DNA of 64,000 nt from Bispira polyomma (lineage: Eukaryota): NCBI GenBank assembly GCA_965649765.1, contig OZ287755.1:64170001-64234000 (forward strand). Reading direction: 5' to 3'. The notes under the pieces were generated by a model. It was not told the DNA's origin. It made no database searches and saw only the letters and a list, made by a program, of their open reading frames with translations. The position numbers and the translations under genes are program-made. Below are positions 39,336 through 52,600 of the stretch, in pieces; positions within the stretch are counted from its first letter, which is position 1; every line of letters begins with the position of its first letter.

Positions 39336-42300
39336 GGTACCCATTTAAATATGTACAAGCATGGATAATGCCATTATATAGTCATTCAGTAATAATTCTG
39401 TGAGTTGTCTTTGCAACAGCATGTACAAGTGTTTCTAGATAGAAAGATGAAAGATAAAAGTCAATGCTTCTTGCAATTGTAAGTGGTAAACATTACATGC
39501 CATAAAAACTGTATGCATTTGTTTTGTATTTCTTTTCAAAGTCTTTTGATTTGCACATCAGCCTGAAATAAAATAGAAGATCCAGTATTGAGTAACAGTT
39601 CAACTTAAGCATGTATGAGATTGATAACTGCTGCAGTATAAAGTGCCTTTGTATCATTTTTTTGTTTGAAGTGTGTCTTATTATTTCAAATGTCAATATG
39701 AGTGATTTTGATATTTTTGTCAATGTCGCCTCTTCTCATCTTCTCAATTGTAAGATAACAAACAGCGCTTCTTAGTACTAAGTCACTGATATAAGTGTCT
39801 CATCAGATAGAGAGTGTGGGTGGGGGGCAATCAGTCTGTCTACCTTGCAGATATGGTTGTAATATTTCAAGAATAAGTAAGGCGATCTACTACGGAAACA
39901 CTAGTACATGCTTTTGTTACACCAGAACTGGACTTTATCAACAACCTATTATGTGGTCTCTATAACCATCATCAAAATGGAGGAAACCAGTGATGTAGCA
40001 ATGTAAACGACCGGCCTACAGCAAGTCCCTAACAACCTTTCTCATATAAAGGAACAAACAGGATTCGAACCCAAATTGCGGAGAGACTAGTGCACATGCC
40101 AAGAAAAATATATTTGTAAATATGTAGTCTAACTTTACATAAATTATGGAATTAATCATTTCTGGAATTCAAGGTTTCCAGACATGATTTGGTAAAATTT
40201 TTAGAAGTTTTAACATATCAACCACAATACTTTAAAGTGGTTAGATGTTTCACCAGTTTGCTAACAAACAATCAATCATCCCTATACTTAACCATAAAGT
40301 TAAGCATGTTTAATAACTTTACAAAACAAAATTAATTGTTTACTCTTAAAAATATACTCATTAATCTAGTACTCACTGAGAATAAGCTTTAACAAGCTCA
40401 TTAGCAAAATATGGCTAGCATAAGTGAATATTGGTCCTTATACAGTGTTTTCACACTAGTGTTGCGAGATCTGGAGAGATGTCAAGAGTTGGCATTCCAT
40501 GGCTGCAAATAACACCACACACTAGTCAAGATTTATCGATAGTGTTACAGTGATTTTGTCCAGGGGCACCCCATTATACAATAGAAAAGATATGACTCCA
40601 ATGACTGATGAAATCTATGTTTTTTCCCAATCATTTTCCAGAAGCACATAAAAAATATTTGATAATCCAATGATTTGTGAAAGCCCTTGACACAAGAGAA
40701 AGTTCGGCAGGGATAAATTCAAGACAGCAAAAATAATATCAAATATAAGAGCATGTAATACAGAAATACTAAATTAGCTTAAGTAATATGAGGTATATTT
40801 CATTCCCTCTTTACCGAACATGGCAGTATTATCTGCATAAATGTAGAGCAAAGTAGACAGTGTAATATTTCCTGACGTACCTTGATATTGTTTTTACTTT
40901 AAAAAGGGCGTGGCTACGATGGAAAGCGCCGCCATGATGGAAATATAAGGCCTTAATAGATTGGTCGGAAGCAATCGACCTGGCCAACGTTAAGTGGTAT
41001 CAGATTAATATTTCTCACACCTTGCAGCTGTGTCCTTTTTAAAACGATAACTCTTGTTAAGTAAAGGATTTTTCCTTTTTAAAAGAACGATTAGGTATGT
41101 GTTATTGTTCCTTGGCTTTAAGTTAAGGTTTTATGTTACAATTTACCAAAATAAAGGCACATATTTAAATAAAATCTACCTGTACATTCATGGGAGACAC
41201 TTTGTCAGGCACTTGCCTTAGGCCGAAGCTTTACCCTTCAGCATGGGTTTCTTTCACCATCACCATTAAATCTGACCGTGATGATATGACCTTGAGCTGC
41301 TGAAAGCGATGTAAAAGCTAAACTAAATAGATAATTAATTACATTTAATGTACAATCTCAATAAAAAAGTTTACATGTTTGAAATCTATAACTGAAATCA
41401 AAAATTTAGAAATTTTAAATCTAAATCAACCACATATACAGCAGTCTTTTTAAATATTATTCATATGTCTACAAAGAGCATAATAAGCCTGCTTAAAGAC
41501 TAAAGAGAAGATTTAATTAAAGAGAGAGAGAGATGGAAGGATGCTGACAATCCCTGTCTCTTTACTTGTGTAATAATGCCAAGGTAATATAGCTTAATAT
41601 CCTCTACCCTTCTCTAATATATTTTTTAATATATTTAGTATTGATGTGTTTCCTGCTTGGTTAATATTTTCTCGTTAAAAAGACACATGGCAGGGAAGAT
41701 GACGTATACCTTGGTTATTAAAAGATATATATTGATAGTGGTGCAAATTTTGTCTAAAGCCCTTCCCGCATAGGTGAATTGGCTTGGTGACATGAAACGA
41801 CATGGAAGTTAAAGGGTTCTCCACTTAATTCCATTTGGTGTCTCTCTGTTGTCTAAAATAATCTTCCCTGCTCAATTGTTGTAGCACAGAATGTGAAAAT
41901 GCAGAAATTCAGCAGTACGACAAACCTTTTAAAGCAACACTGAGGTGACAATAAGGCAATGGTTACCTCAGTGTATTCTTTGACTCATTTTGTTCCTGAA
42001 GTCGCGGCCCTGTCTTTTTGATGGCATGTCATTCTCTTTATGCCTCTATTGTTGCCAAACCAGTTATTAAAATAGGCAAAGTTAAGCGACAAGTAGGCAA
42101 GATATTTGTCGTACCATTCTCGTGTCCCAATACTGTTTCATGGCTTTCCCATCTGTGTCTCATCTATGTGTCATCATACTGGCTGAATGATGCCTTTTTG
42201 GTGTTGGTTTTTATGACTGCACACAGTCAATGGAAACAATTATCAACAAGTTGTCACAACACTGTCGTGTATTTTGTCGCCTATGTGGGATGCCAGCTTT

Positions 42301-42608
42301 AGAGTTTTCATTCAACTGGTTTTCTAAATTTCTGGATTTCTCACATTTGTATTCGAATACTTCCAAAATCAGTCTATTCATATTCGCAATCGTATTCGTA
42401 AAATTAGAAAGGATTCGTATTCGTATTAGAATACTTTTCACATGTATTTGCCACATGTCTGTTTTAAACCAGTAAAACGGAAGTCAACTCAAAGAAGACA
42501 ACCAGTTATTGAAAATAAATTAAAACCATTTTGGGAAAGCCTTTGCCGCAGACGGTATCTAATGATATAAATGTTATACAATTAATTATCAATCTATCCC
42601 ATATACTA

Positions 42609-43144
42609 AGCCTACGCTTGCTTTCAGAATGTTTTATGATACCGGTCGATTTTATTAGTCATACATAATAAGTGCATCCTTTAACCATATTTGCTTCATA
42701 TCAGATTAGACGTCGACAGGGAGCAAAAAAATCGGTCTGTCCGATTTTACAACAAAACTGGACAAAAACACTATCATAGGTATACAGATTTCATCCAAAA
42801 TTTTCTCAATTTTTGTCAGATGTTGAAGTTGAAAATGGCTTGAGAAAACTTATTTTATTGTGATTACTGTGCTTTTTTCCCACCTAAATCCGTTCAGATA
42901 TTTAAGGTTATAGATGGGTACTCCATTCAACTTCCCCTTCTACTGCGAATAATGCGTCATCATGAAATTAATTTTGTAGCTACGTCACAGATTACAATTC
43001 AGGAAGTAATAATGGGTACCCACATTTACCTGTATATATATCTCAGCCGTTTCTCAACGAAATTTATTGGAAAAAACACAATAATCAGAGTAAAAAAAGC
43101 TTTCTCATGCCGACGTCAAAATGTGCTGAAAGGAAGTGTAGGCT
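42609..43144. mobile_element. Non-autonomous TIR element with internal long inverted repeat
   Basis: TIRs agcctacgcttgctttcag / ctgaaaggaagtgtaggct. Homologous, in reverse orientation, to 60880-61407. Confidence 0.65.
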
Positions 43145-46100
43145 AACAGATTATAAGGCCAATCGTAACAAATGATGAACTGTAATCTAAACTAGAAAAG
43201 CGGCCAAGACCAAGAAGGCAACCAGTGATTGGCACTGGAGAGCTATGGTGGTAAAACCTGGAATTAAAGGGTATAGGAGTAGCATTTCTGCTTCCTCTGT
43301 TAAACCCGCTAAGAGGACTGGATCTCAATCGCTGCCCCTATGTTACGGAGTTCTCTCTCGGTTAAGCTTACATCACCAGACAAACTTTCTGGTTTTAGGC
43401 GAAAACTTCAAACCCGTCTCATAACATCACAAAGATGTATAACGTGTAAGCATTGTTTATTCAGGATTACTTACACCTGATTCTAACACTAATAACATAT
43501 GTGTAAAAAGTGATGCAGTCTTTGTCATTAAGGGAAAGCAAGAGGCTTTTCAAGAAACAGTACCCCCAAAACTGAGTGTGTTTTTAAAATGGAATGTATA
43601 AAAACGAAAACTTTTTTTCACTCTCATTACCATGTAGACACACGAGGGACTGATTAGTATGCCAGGTCTTCACAAAACTAATATCTTCTCCTTTGCACTG
43701 TGTGTAACAGATCAATCGGCCGTAGATCACACAAAATAGAATTGGGCTCATTTAAAGAGAACTGCACAGTCTTTTGCAGGGCCGAGAACTGATAAAATTA
43801 AATGGTTCTCGGGGTCTTTCTCTCCTCCCCTCTTCCTTATTTAAAATGACTGGAGTTGCCACGGGAGCAGGCTATTGGTGAGGAAGGAGCAGGAGAGTTC
43901 ATTTAGGCAACACAGCTTTTCTGTGTGTATGTGTGTGTGTGTGGTTCAAAATCGGAGCAGGGTTGTGATATGGTAGTAGTAGATGTTGTGGTTTATAGTG
44001 GTCGAAAGTTTTGTTGGAGATCCATCAATCTTTGTGTGTTGTGGACAGTGTTGTGTGTTTTGTTTGGCTGCCAGAAGAAGTTGTAATACTGTAATACTTT
44101 CTATTGTGTCAAAAACATTGATAGTTGTCACTTATTTTAGAAATGACAGTTTGTGGACAATACTATTATAACTAATACCAGGGGGAGTTTAATATCTTCA
44201 CAAGTTTATATTATATTTCAGTATGGTTCCAATATGAATCAGTTTGTTAAATATACATCAGAATTAAACAAAGGATTTTCCAATGCATAGAAATATATAG
44301 CATATTATGATTTACCTACCACTTGCTTTTTGGAATAACATTTTCTGTGTAATTCCATATGCATATACAAAATGTGAATAATGTTTAATAATATCTATTG
44401 CCTGAAAAAAGGCCAGACACGTAGTTAATTATAATTTTACGAATATATTGTTTGTGTATGTCCATAGCAGATGGTGTGCATCAAAAATCTACATTGATGT
44501 TCAATAATGCATAATGCCTGGAGAAAAGGATCCTAAAGAAGTAGTAACTACTATCACATGACTAACTTAGAAGTTTAGTTTTTTATATGGATATATTGTA
44601 CACAATGTAGATTTGTTTTTTACTACATATACAATATCTTCTTTATATGATTATAGAGAGGAATCAAAATGGGGATGAAATAACCACTTTGGTTCCACCA
44701 AATCATACCGGCCCAAAAGGGGAATAAGGATTGTGAATGATAAATACTGATGGTTTTGGAGAAACAATGACATTGGTGGAAAGCCAATAGGGAATGTGTG
44801 GATCTAAGCGGGCCTTTTTGTTCAAGGATAAAACGATTTTGATATATTATAACATCAGACAAGTCTAAAAAATAGACTGGCTACTGTCAATAATACAATG
44901 TGGTGAAGATTGCTATGTTAACTGCGGAATGTATACGACAAAAACTTAATAATGCTGGTTTGATTGTTCATGCTTTGATAAATTGTTACTCAGTAAAGTA
45001 TTGAAAATGAAGTGCAAAGTGTGTATATGTAAAAACAGCTGGAGATGCTATGCTGTTATGATATAAGATAGACATCTTCTTTTCTGTCAGTAAATATACA
45101 ATAACTGGGTGAACAAAGAATCAACTGAACTGAAGTTAAATGATTTATGATGAAGTTATGGTGGCAAGACGCCACTGTTAATATCAATAGACATGCCATC
45201 CAATATATCATATATGTAAATAGAGAGACAGAAAGTAACAAAGACCAAGGCAATATATACATGAACAAGCATCACTTTAAAATCTGCATCACAGGAGAGA
45301 AAGCTGACCTTCATCGCCAGTGATACAAATAGTGGCCTAAATGGGGGATACATTTTGTAAGTGGAGTAAGTCTAATTGTTGTTATTTAAGAGTTATTACC
45401 CACCAAGTGGAAATACCTATGGCAATGGAGTAGAGCAAAACTTCTATGGTATTCGAACATGTTGTGAGAACCATAATTTTGTTTTCGGAAAATAGATAGT
45501 CGTCAAATACAAAGAGGTAGTTTAGTATAAATCGTTATGAAAACATCAATTTAAAAAAAAGTGGAAAATTGAAAATTCGGATAACAGAAGTCTGGATACT
45601 AGATATTTTTCTGCTGTATACTATATTATGTCTTTATTTATACTCTAGATGCACAAGCTATAACAGTACAGTCAAGAGAATACTAAAAAATAGATATACA
45701 TGTGAGGAGAAAGAAAGTGATGCACAGAAACAGTTACAAAAGTATCATTGATACAAAGCTGTGCATTAAAAAAACAACAAAAAACCCCAGGCTTTTCACA
45801 GAACATGATAAATGAGCTGCTCAGCTGTGTATTATAACAAAGGGAAACCAGTGAAAACACATAAACTAGGTGAATGCTTTGATCAATGACAGTTTTCAGT
45901 TTGACTTAAAAACATGGCAAAATATAATTGATAATATCTAAACAAAAAGACACACACAAAAGAACTGATGTAAGATGGTGCATACATTTTAATTGAAACA
46001 ATTTTTAAAAAAAAAATTGCATTAGTTCTAGTGGCAAAGTTGGTGCAACAGAATTGCCATTTTAAATATGGGCTGTGGCATATCATAAACTAGATTGACA

Positions 46101-46844
46101 ATGCAGGCTTTGAAAAGGTGTTTACAATCTTCTTAACACAGACTGTGTGGCTGATATTTGTATCTCTTAAAGTCAATATTGGACCGTGGTATATCATGTA
46201 CAAAGAAATGCCAAAGTAGACTTTGTAAGCATGTTGAAAATCTCATCTTAATACAGACTTAATAGCTGTGAACTCATTAGTGAAGTTATTTGCAAAGCTT
46301 CAAGTTAAGACACATCTGTGGCAAAGTAATAAGGAGAACCTCTTTTCAAATGCTACTGTAAAAGGTGTCAATGCACTTTATTGTGCGGTGTGATTTATTA
46401 TAGCTGCCGATTGTTTAATTACAAAATGCTTGAAGTTTTTGCAACAGATCGCTTAATTGCTAGCCCATTGCTGTACACATACAGTTGATGTTATAATTAA
46501 AATAATGTGTTCAAATGTGTGAGCATCGTGTAAGGGTTGGTACAATATTAATGGCACTGATGTGCTTTGAAAATAATGTGATGAATTATTGGGGAGACAT
46601 GCAAAGTTGGATAAATGATCTGAAATAAAATGGCCATCAAAATAGGTTAATTAGGAAATCAGAGACATATATTTCTGACCAAAGGACAAACAAATAGCTG
46701 GAATTATTTCCAACCTGACATGTGTAGTCTTGTGGCATCAATTTAATTTAGTTTCTCTGGAGTCAAGACATTGTTATGCTTTTGCACTGCAAGAGTTATT
46801 ACAAAATAAGAAAATAAAACCGGTTACCAGTCTAATGCTTCATA

Positions 46845-49406
46845 ATGCAGTTTTTACAAAGCAGTACTAGTAGGATGATAACTGTGACTCTTTTAGTCGT
46901 CCTCGTAACATCACCTCTGGTGTGTTGTGTGGGTTATCGGAGTAATGCCATCCAAGGTGATGAATTAACTCTGGGCGCCGACCGGGAGGAGCCTTCTGCC
47001 ATCCATCACCCACAAAATGTAGGTCATCGGTCAAGGAGGGACCATCAGGGTGGTTGGGACCACAACAGTGTAAGCAAAAGAAACAGAAGAGATGCACCCA
47101 GTAATAATAACCCACCGGATAGTAGTGTGGGTGATAAAAATCCTATGGAGGAGAAAGGATTGGGGAAAATGTTAAATAACAGTAAAGGTGTGGTCTCGTC
47201 TCCAGTAGAGAATAATGCTACCAGTGCTGCGACAAATGCTGGGGTGCCTGCTATTGACACTACCTGTCCAGAGTCTTGTAGCTGTGGATTTATCCTAAGC
47301 AACATGGCCAAAACAAGATTATACGGCACTGACTGCAGCAGCCTCAGGCTTCAAAGACTCCCATTAAAGACCCCAGCAGAGGTGCAGCTCCTGAAGCTTG
47401 CGGGGAATAGAATAAGGCCAGTGCAACTCGGGGACCTGAGAGACTTCCCCAAGTTAGTGGAGCTACATTTGGAAGGTAATGTGATTTTCAGCCTAGAGCG
47501 GTGGGTCCCTTTGTGCGGTAAGCTACGCTATTTGGCACTGGACGGCAATAGAATAGCTTACTTAGACAACCTCACCCTGTCTGGAGTGAGCAATTTACTG
47601 GAGCTTGGCCTGGCAAGGAACCAAATTGAGCAAATTCACAGAGATGCCTTTCTTTGGGTGCCTAAATTAGAGGTGCTTCAGTTAACAGGCAATAGGTTTT
47701 CAGAGGTGGATGTGAGGTGGTTTAAATATCTGGGTCAGTTAAAGTCCCTCCACTTGGCAGACAATAATATACACACTTTGTTGGATGGCAATTTCGGCTA
47801 TTTAAGCCAACTGCAGACATTAGATTTGAGCTCAAATCACCTGAGAGTCATTCATCGAGATGCGTTTTCTGGATTAGACAATCTGAAGAGATTGTATCTA
47901 CAGAGTAATAGTCTCCATGTTGTACCCACATCGCCAACACAAGTATTTAAGCTTTGTGATGTTATTGATCTAAGTGACAATCATTTTACAGTCTTAAATA
48001 AAGAAGAAGGGATCGCCAACACAAATGTCACTCATTTAAAGCTCAACAACAACAAGCAATTGAGACTGGTTGATAGGCAGTCGTTTGTCAACTTACGACA
48101 CCTAAAGATTCTCGAGATGATTGAGAGTCCCAATTTGCAATATATTGATAGAAAGGCTTTTTCCGGATTGCCAATGATGGGATCTTTATACCTATCCCAC
48201 AATGCCCTAAGCACCTTTGAAAAGGAAATCCCTGCCTCTTTGCCAGAGCTGAGGGTAATAGATCTGAGCAGTAACCCCCTTTATTGTGATTGCTCCCTTC
48301 TATGGGCCAATAATAATGGGTATCTGCAGACTAGAAATCTCACCATTGTCAATGCTACAGAAATGGTTTGTCGTCAGCCTAATGGCTTCGACGGCATCTC
48401 AATAAATGACCCCAAATTACAAGCGATCCCTGAAGTGTGCCCTCCCAGGATACTACCTTTGTTTAGAAAGCAGTACAATATCTCTCTGGGCGATCCTTTT
48501 AGCATCAGTTGCAAGGCCAGTGGCTATCCTGCCCCAGCTATAGAGTGGCATCTGCCAACGGGTCGCAGGAGGAAGCTGGACAGAGCTAAAGGGACTAGCA
48601 ATAGTAGGCCAGCAGCAAAAGATAATGTAAGGCATTCAACTCAGATTCCTAGTGATAAGTTAATGATTGATTTCGTGAACAGAACTGATACAGGGGATTA
48701 CTCTTGCATTGCTCAAAATAGAGTGGGACAGGCCTCACAGCACATGGTGATTCAAGTGAAACTGTTGAGTGCTTATTTAATCATATCACATGTCACTTCC
48801 ACTGCGGTTACGCTCACGTGGGGCAGAACACACCACGCCCGCAATTACGAACTTAGGTACTGGCTGCTACTGCAGGATGGCACCAAAGCGTCAAAAACAA
48901 CAAACGTTACATATCACACTCAGCCAATCCTCGACTACATGAGAGGATACACAACCAGTGAGCTTGTGCCCAGTACTATGTATAGGTTCTGCCTGTGTGT
49001 CAGATACAACAACGATCACATTCCGGTAAACTGCACCACTGTGAGTACGAAAGAGGCAGGCTTGGCACTCGAAGGCCTCCACAGCTCCAAGAACTATATC
49101 ATTGGTGGGGCGATCACCGTGCTAGTGTGTGTGATCGTTGTGATATGTACGGTGGGCCACTTCTCCAGGAAGTACAACAAGAAGAGGAGCAGGGAGCAGA
49201 AGATGTACTCGGATAGCTTATCTCAACTCTATCCGGCCGGTGTAGATAGCATATCAGACACTACACCCATCACTTATGAGAACAGAATGTCAGAACTCAT
49301 CGATATCGAGGACGGGATTGGTAGTGGTGGTTTGGGTGAATTTCCTACTTCTTTTCCGGGTTCGTGTAGAGAAGACACAGAAAGTACAAGTACCACTCAA
49401 ACATAG
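46845..49406 (+). CDS. LRR-Ig-FN3 single-pass transmembrane protein (leucine-rich repeat neuronal protein / LIG-family-like)
   Basis: Signal peptide (likely from Met at 46875), LRRNT CPESCSC, ~12 LxxLxLxxN repeats, LRRCT NPLYCDC, Ig-I domain (CKASGYPAPAIEW...DTGDYSCIAQN), FN3 (VTLTW...LVPSTMYRFC), TM IIGGAITVLVCVIVVICTV, cytoplasmic tail. Uninterrupted 853-aa ORF. Confidence 0.95.
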   Translation: MQFLQSSTSRMITVTLLVVLVTSPLVCCVGYRSNAIQGDELTLGADREEPSAIHHPQNVGHRSRRDHQGGWDHNSVSKRNRRDAPSNNNPPDSSVGDKNPMEEKGLGKMLNNSKGVVSSPVENNATSAATNAGVPAIDTTCPESCSCGFILSNMAKTRLYGTDCSSLRLQRLPLKTPAEVQLLKLAGNRIRPVQLGDLRDFPKLVELHLEGNVIFSLERWVPLCGKLRYLALDGNRIAYLDNLTLSGVSNLLELGLARNQIEQIHRDAFLWVPKLEVLQLTGNRFSEVDVRWFKYLGQLKSLHLADNNIHTLLDGNFGYLSQLQTLDLSSNHLRVIHRDAFSGLDNLKRLYLQSNSLHVVPTSPTQVFKLCDVIDLSDNHFTVLNKEEGIANTNVTHLKLNNNKQLRLVDRQSFVNLRHLKILEMIESPNLQYIDRKAFSGLPMMGSLYLSHNALSTFEKEIPASLPELRVIDLSSNPLYCDCSLLWANNNGYLQTRNLTIVNATEMVCRQPNGFDGISINDPKLQAIPEVCPPRILPLFRKQYNISLGDPFSISCKASGYPAPAIEWHLPTGRRRKLDRAKGTSNSRPAAKDNVRHSTQIPSDKLMIDFVNRTDTGDYSCIAQNRVGQASQHMVIQVKLLSAYLIISHVTSTAVTLTWGRTHHARNYELRYWLLLQDGTKASKTTNVTYHTQPILDYMRGYTTSELVPSTMYRFCLCVRYNNDHIPVNCTTVSTKEAGLALEGLHSSKNYIIGGAITVLVCVIVVICTVGHFSRKYNKKRSREQKMYSDSLSQLYPAGVDSISDTTPITYENRMSELIDIEDGIGSGGLGEFPTSFPGSCREDTESTSTTQT

Positions 49407-49445
49407 AAGATAAAAAAACTGAATTTGCTACTTATTCTTACTCAT

Positions 49446-49627
49446 AGGTGGATCCAGGAGGTGGAGTGGGCCGAGCGGCGGCTGGGGGGGGGGGGGGGGG
49501 GGGGGGGAGGTCAGACCCCTTCAATTTTTTATATTACATTTTTTCTGAATTTGAGCACTGATGAGCACAATATATTATGGGAGCTGACCCCCCCTCACAC
49601 CCCCTTCACACATGTGGATCCGTCTAT
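49446..49627. mobile_element. Short GGATCC-terminal MITE-like insertion in the 3' UTR region
   Basis: taggtggatcca ... tggatccgtcta inverted termini with an internal poly-G run. Confidence 0.55.
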
Positions 49628-52600
49628 GGTACTTAGGAAATTCCCATGGTACAAGTAAAATCCAGTGTTAAGGTACTTTTTTCGTTTTCTTTTCTGTGAT
49701 TCAAAACACTTTCGTGAGAAAATAGTTGTAAAGTTTGTTCTTTACTGCCATTTATTGCTACAAATACTACAGTAAAACATTTATTATCCAAACATTTTTG
49801 GGAATGGGCATTTTTGGTTGGGATAGTAGAAGGTTACTAAAATAGAAGCAGTATTTCTGGTTAGAACAATATAAAACAAATTTAGAAGAGTTGAAGTCAA
49901 TTTGTATTATTGGATATTTGTTGGCTCATATTGCTTTCCCATGGTTATATTTTTGTATTATATATGTCTGATTTATCTAATGTAACACTATTACAAAATT
50001 GAATGTCTTCCCATCCACAGCTGTTTATTGCTTTTGAAAAGGATATTTTTATAAACTTCAACTCAGACTGTGTGTCTTAAAATTGGATTATCTTGTGTAG
50101 CTTATAACAATTGGCTTTGTGTTGATGCATCGAATGTTAATGATCATACTATATTTGAGTGTTCTTATAATTAAATGATGTTGAATAACAAGTTGACAAC
50201 AATAACCTCTTGCCTGAAGATTAAAACTGCTGTCTAGACTATGAAATCTATTGTACCGGGTGGAGTATTCACAAAAAATCTTAGAATAGAGTTTCGGCCA
50301 ATCAGATTCTTTGAGACAATATTTTCAGCGAATGAAATTGAAACTTGAAGACTAAGAATATATGTGGATACAAGCCCTGATCTACTCAAGTGTGTAATTA
50401 CAAGCTTTAACAGCCGAATTCAGCAGTAGTAAAAAAATGCAATATTCAAATTAAAAAAAAACCACATTTTGTATCACTTAAGGACAACAACTTTATGGTG
50501 TTTTTTTGGATAGCATGGGATTTGGATCTTGTCACAAATAAAAGCCCACTGTATGTATCACACTTATTTTTGATTGGGGTGGCACAAAAAGGTGCCACTT
50601 CAGTAATTCATTCACCCTAATAATGGGGCGTCTCGACACATCCAAAAGTGGGATGTTACAAGCTGTTTTGTTCTGCGTTATTTTAAAATCTCATTGGCAT
50701 GCTGCATCAATTTAAAATCTCATTGTTGTTTTTCATAAATGGTTCCACTTATGGTTGGTGGAATGTTTGTCGAGTTTGCTCACACTAGCAGGATCACAGT
50801 GTATAAAATACAAGACAATATAAACACCCATTTGTTTAAGTGAATTTAATCCCTAATTTAACAATCTAATCAAGTATTACCCAGTAGCTTGTCTTTTTTT
50901 CTGCCTCATGAGTTTATTTTTGTTCCTCCAGAATTAAAATAAAACAAAACAACAACAGGAGTGTTTCTTTAAAAAAAAAAACACAGTGTGAAATACACTA
51001 ACGTTGATATGGCCACTATATACCCAGGCCCCAGACTGTGCCAGACAAAAACTAAATCTGACACCCCTCAGTTTGGGCGGGGGGATTACTTTCAAGCAAT
51101 CTATGAACGCCTTTAAGCATTTTCTAAGATGGCGGCGCCCTTTTTTGGAATAAAAACAACATCGTGCTGTGCCTGATAAGAACATCAGTAGATCCTGTAG
51201 TATAAAACTATGATCTGTGTTTCTGTGTAAAACAAAATGACCAGGCAATAATTCAGCACTTTATGGTATATACATGCTGTTTTACAGAGAGAGAAGTAAA
51301 TAACTTCCCCTTTCCCCTTGTGATTTTCTTTCTTGTGAAGCCATAGGATGAGTTTTATGTATTTTGTCAGCCAAGGCACAGCTGTAGTTGTAAGTGTGTA
51401 CATTGCAGGCTTACTTACAAAAAAACAGAGAGACATTGTTGCATATCCCACATGTGAGATTTATTGTTGCCATTGTAGCTGTAAAAAATGAACTATGTGT
51501 GAGCAAGATTTCTCCTCTAGAGATAAGTTACTTTTCCTACGGTTTGAGAGTATTCTTATGATATACAACACATAAAATTATTATACAACATTGGCATTAC
51601 TGTATATTGAAGTTTTAGCTTCACCATATGTCATTTACAAGTATATTATTCTAAAATAGTGACATTTAAGAAAAAAATATTGTTGAAGTAAATTTTGTAT
51701 TGTTAGATTACAATCTTGATAAATGCAAACACTTGTAAACGTTTTTTTTTTTTAAATTGCCTTTTTATAAATCATTGCCATCCACCTGAATCAAGGTTTG
51801 TTGTTCATTCAATATTTTGCTTTATGGAATATTTAATGCCTCAATAAATAAAAGGGTGTCAGATTCATATGTACATACTCAATATCTCAAGTGTTAAACA
51901 ATTCTGATGATAGATATACTCCAAAGCCCTTGTGGCATATGAGCAGATGGTTATCAAGTTTACCATCACTTCTGGCTAAGCATCTATGTACAACACAAGT
52001 TTCTTTGGTGCCAACTTCAACCTACAATTATCAAAATGGTATGAGCATGAATATGGATGGTTAAACAATTTCACATATGTGTGACAACCACTGAAAATAA
52101 TAATTGGAAAGATTTTGTATATTTTGTCGTTTTGGGTATTAATATTTACTTTAGGTTGGTTTCTGTTAGCTATTATTACCACACTTTGCAGATGATAGCA
52201 TGTTTTGGTCTTTGTAAAGTATTTTTAAAGTGTTTTTGGTTTGTAAAGTAAGGCTCCGACCGTGCCACTTTCAATATGTCACAGTTTGTATGTTAAAGAT
52301 CTTCACTTGAGAATGTTTCAACTAGTCTCTGAAACTGGAGTTGGTGACACTTCTCTGAACCCTACCTTAAAACCTAATAATGTAGTTCGAATTTCTTCTA
52401 AAGTCTCTGCCTATTCTAACACAAGGCTAAGCCTACTCCTTCATATGTCAGATGTGTATTGGCTCACGTCAGCTGACATCCATCAATTTATTATCACCAT
52501 ATTTTGTGGTACCTCTCTATGTGTCAGATGTACAACGGATAAGGTCAGATGTTGATAGGAGCTTTAGAATTTTTGGAGTGAGTTATGTTTGGTGTTTTTG

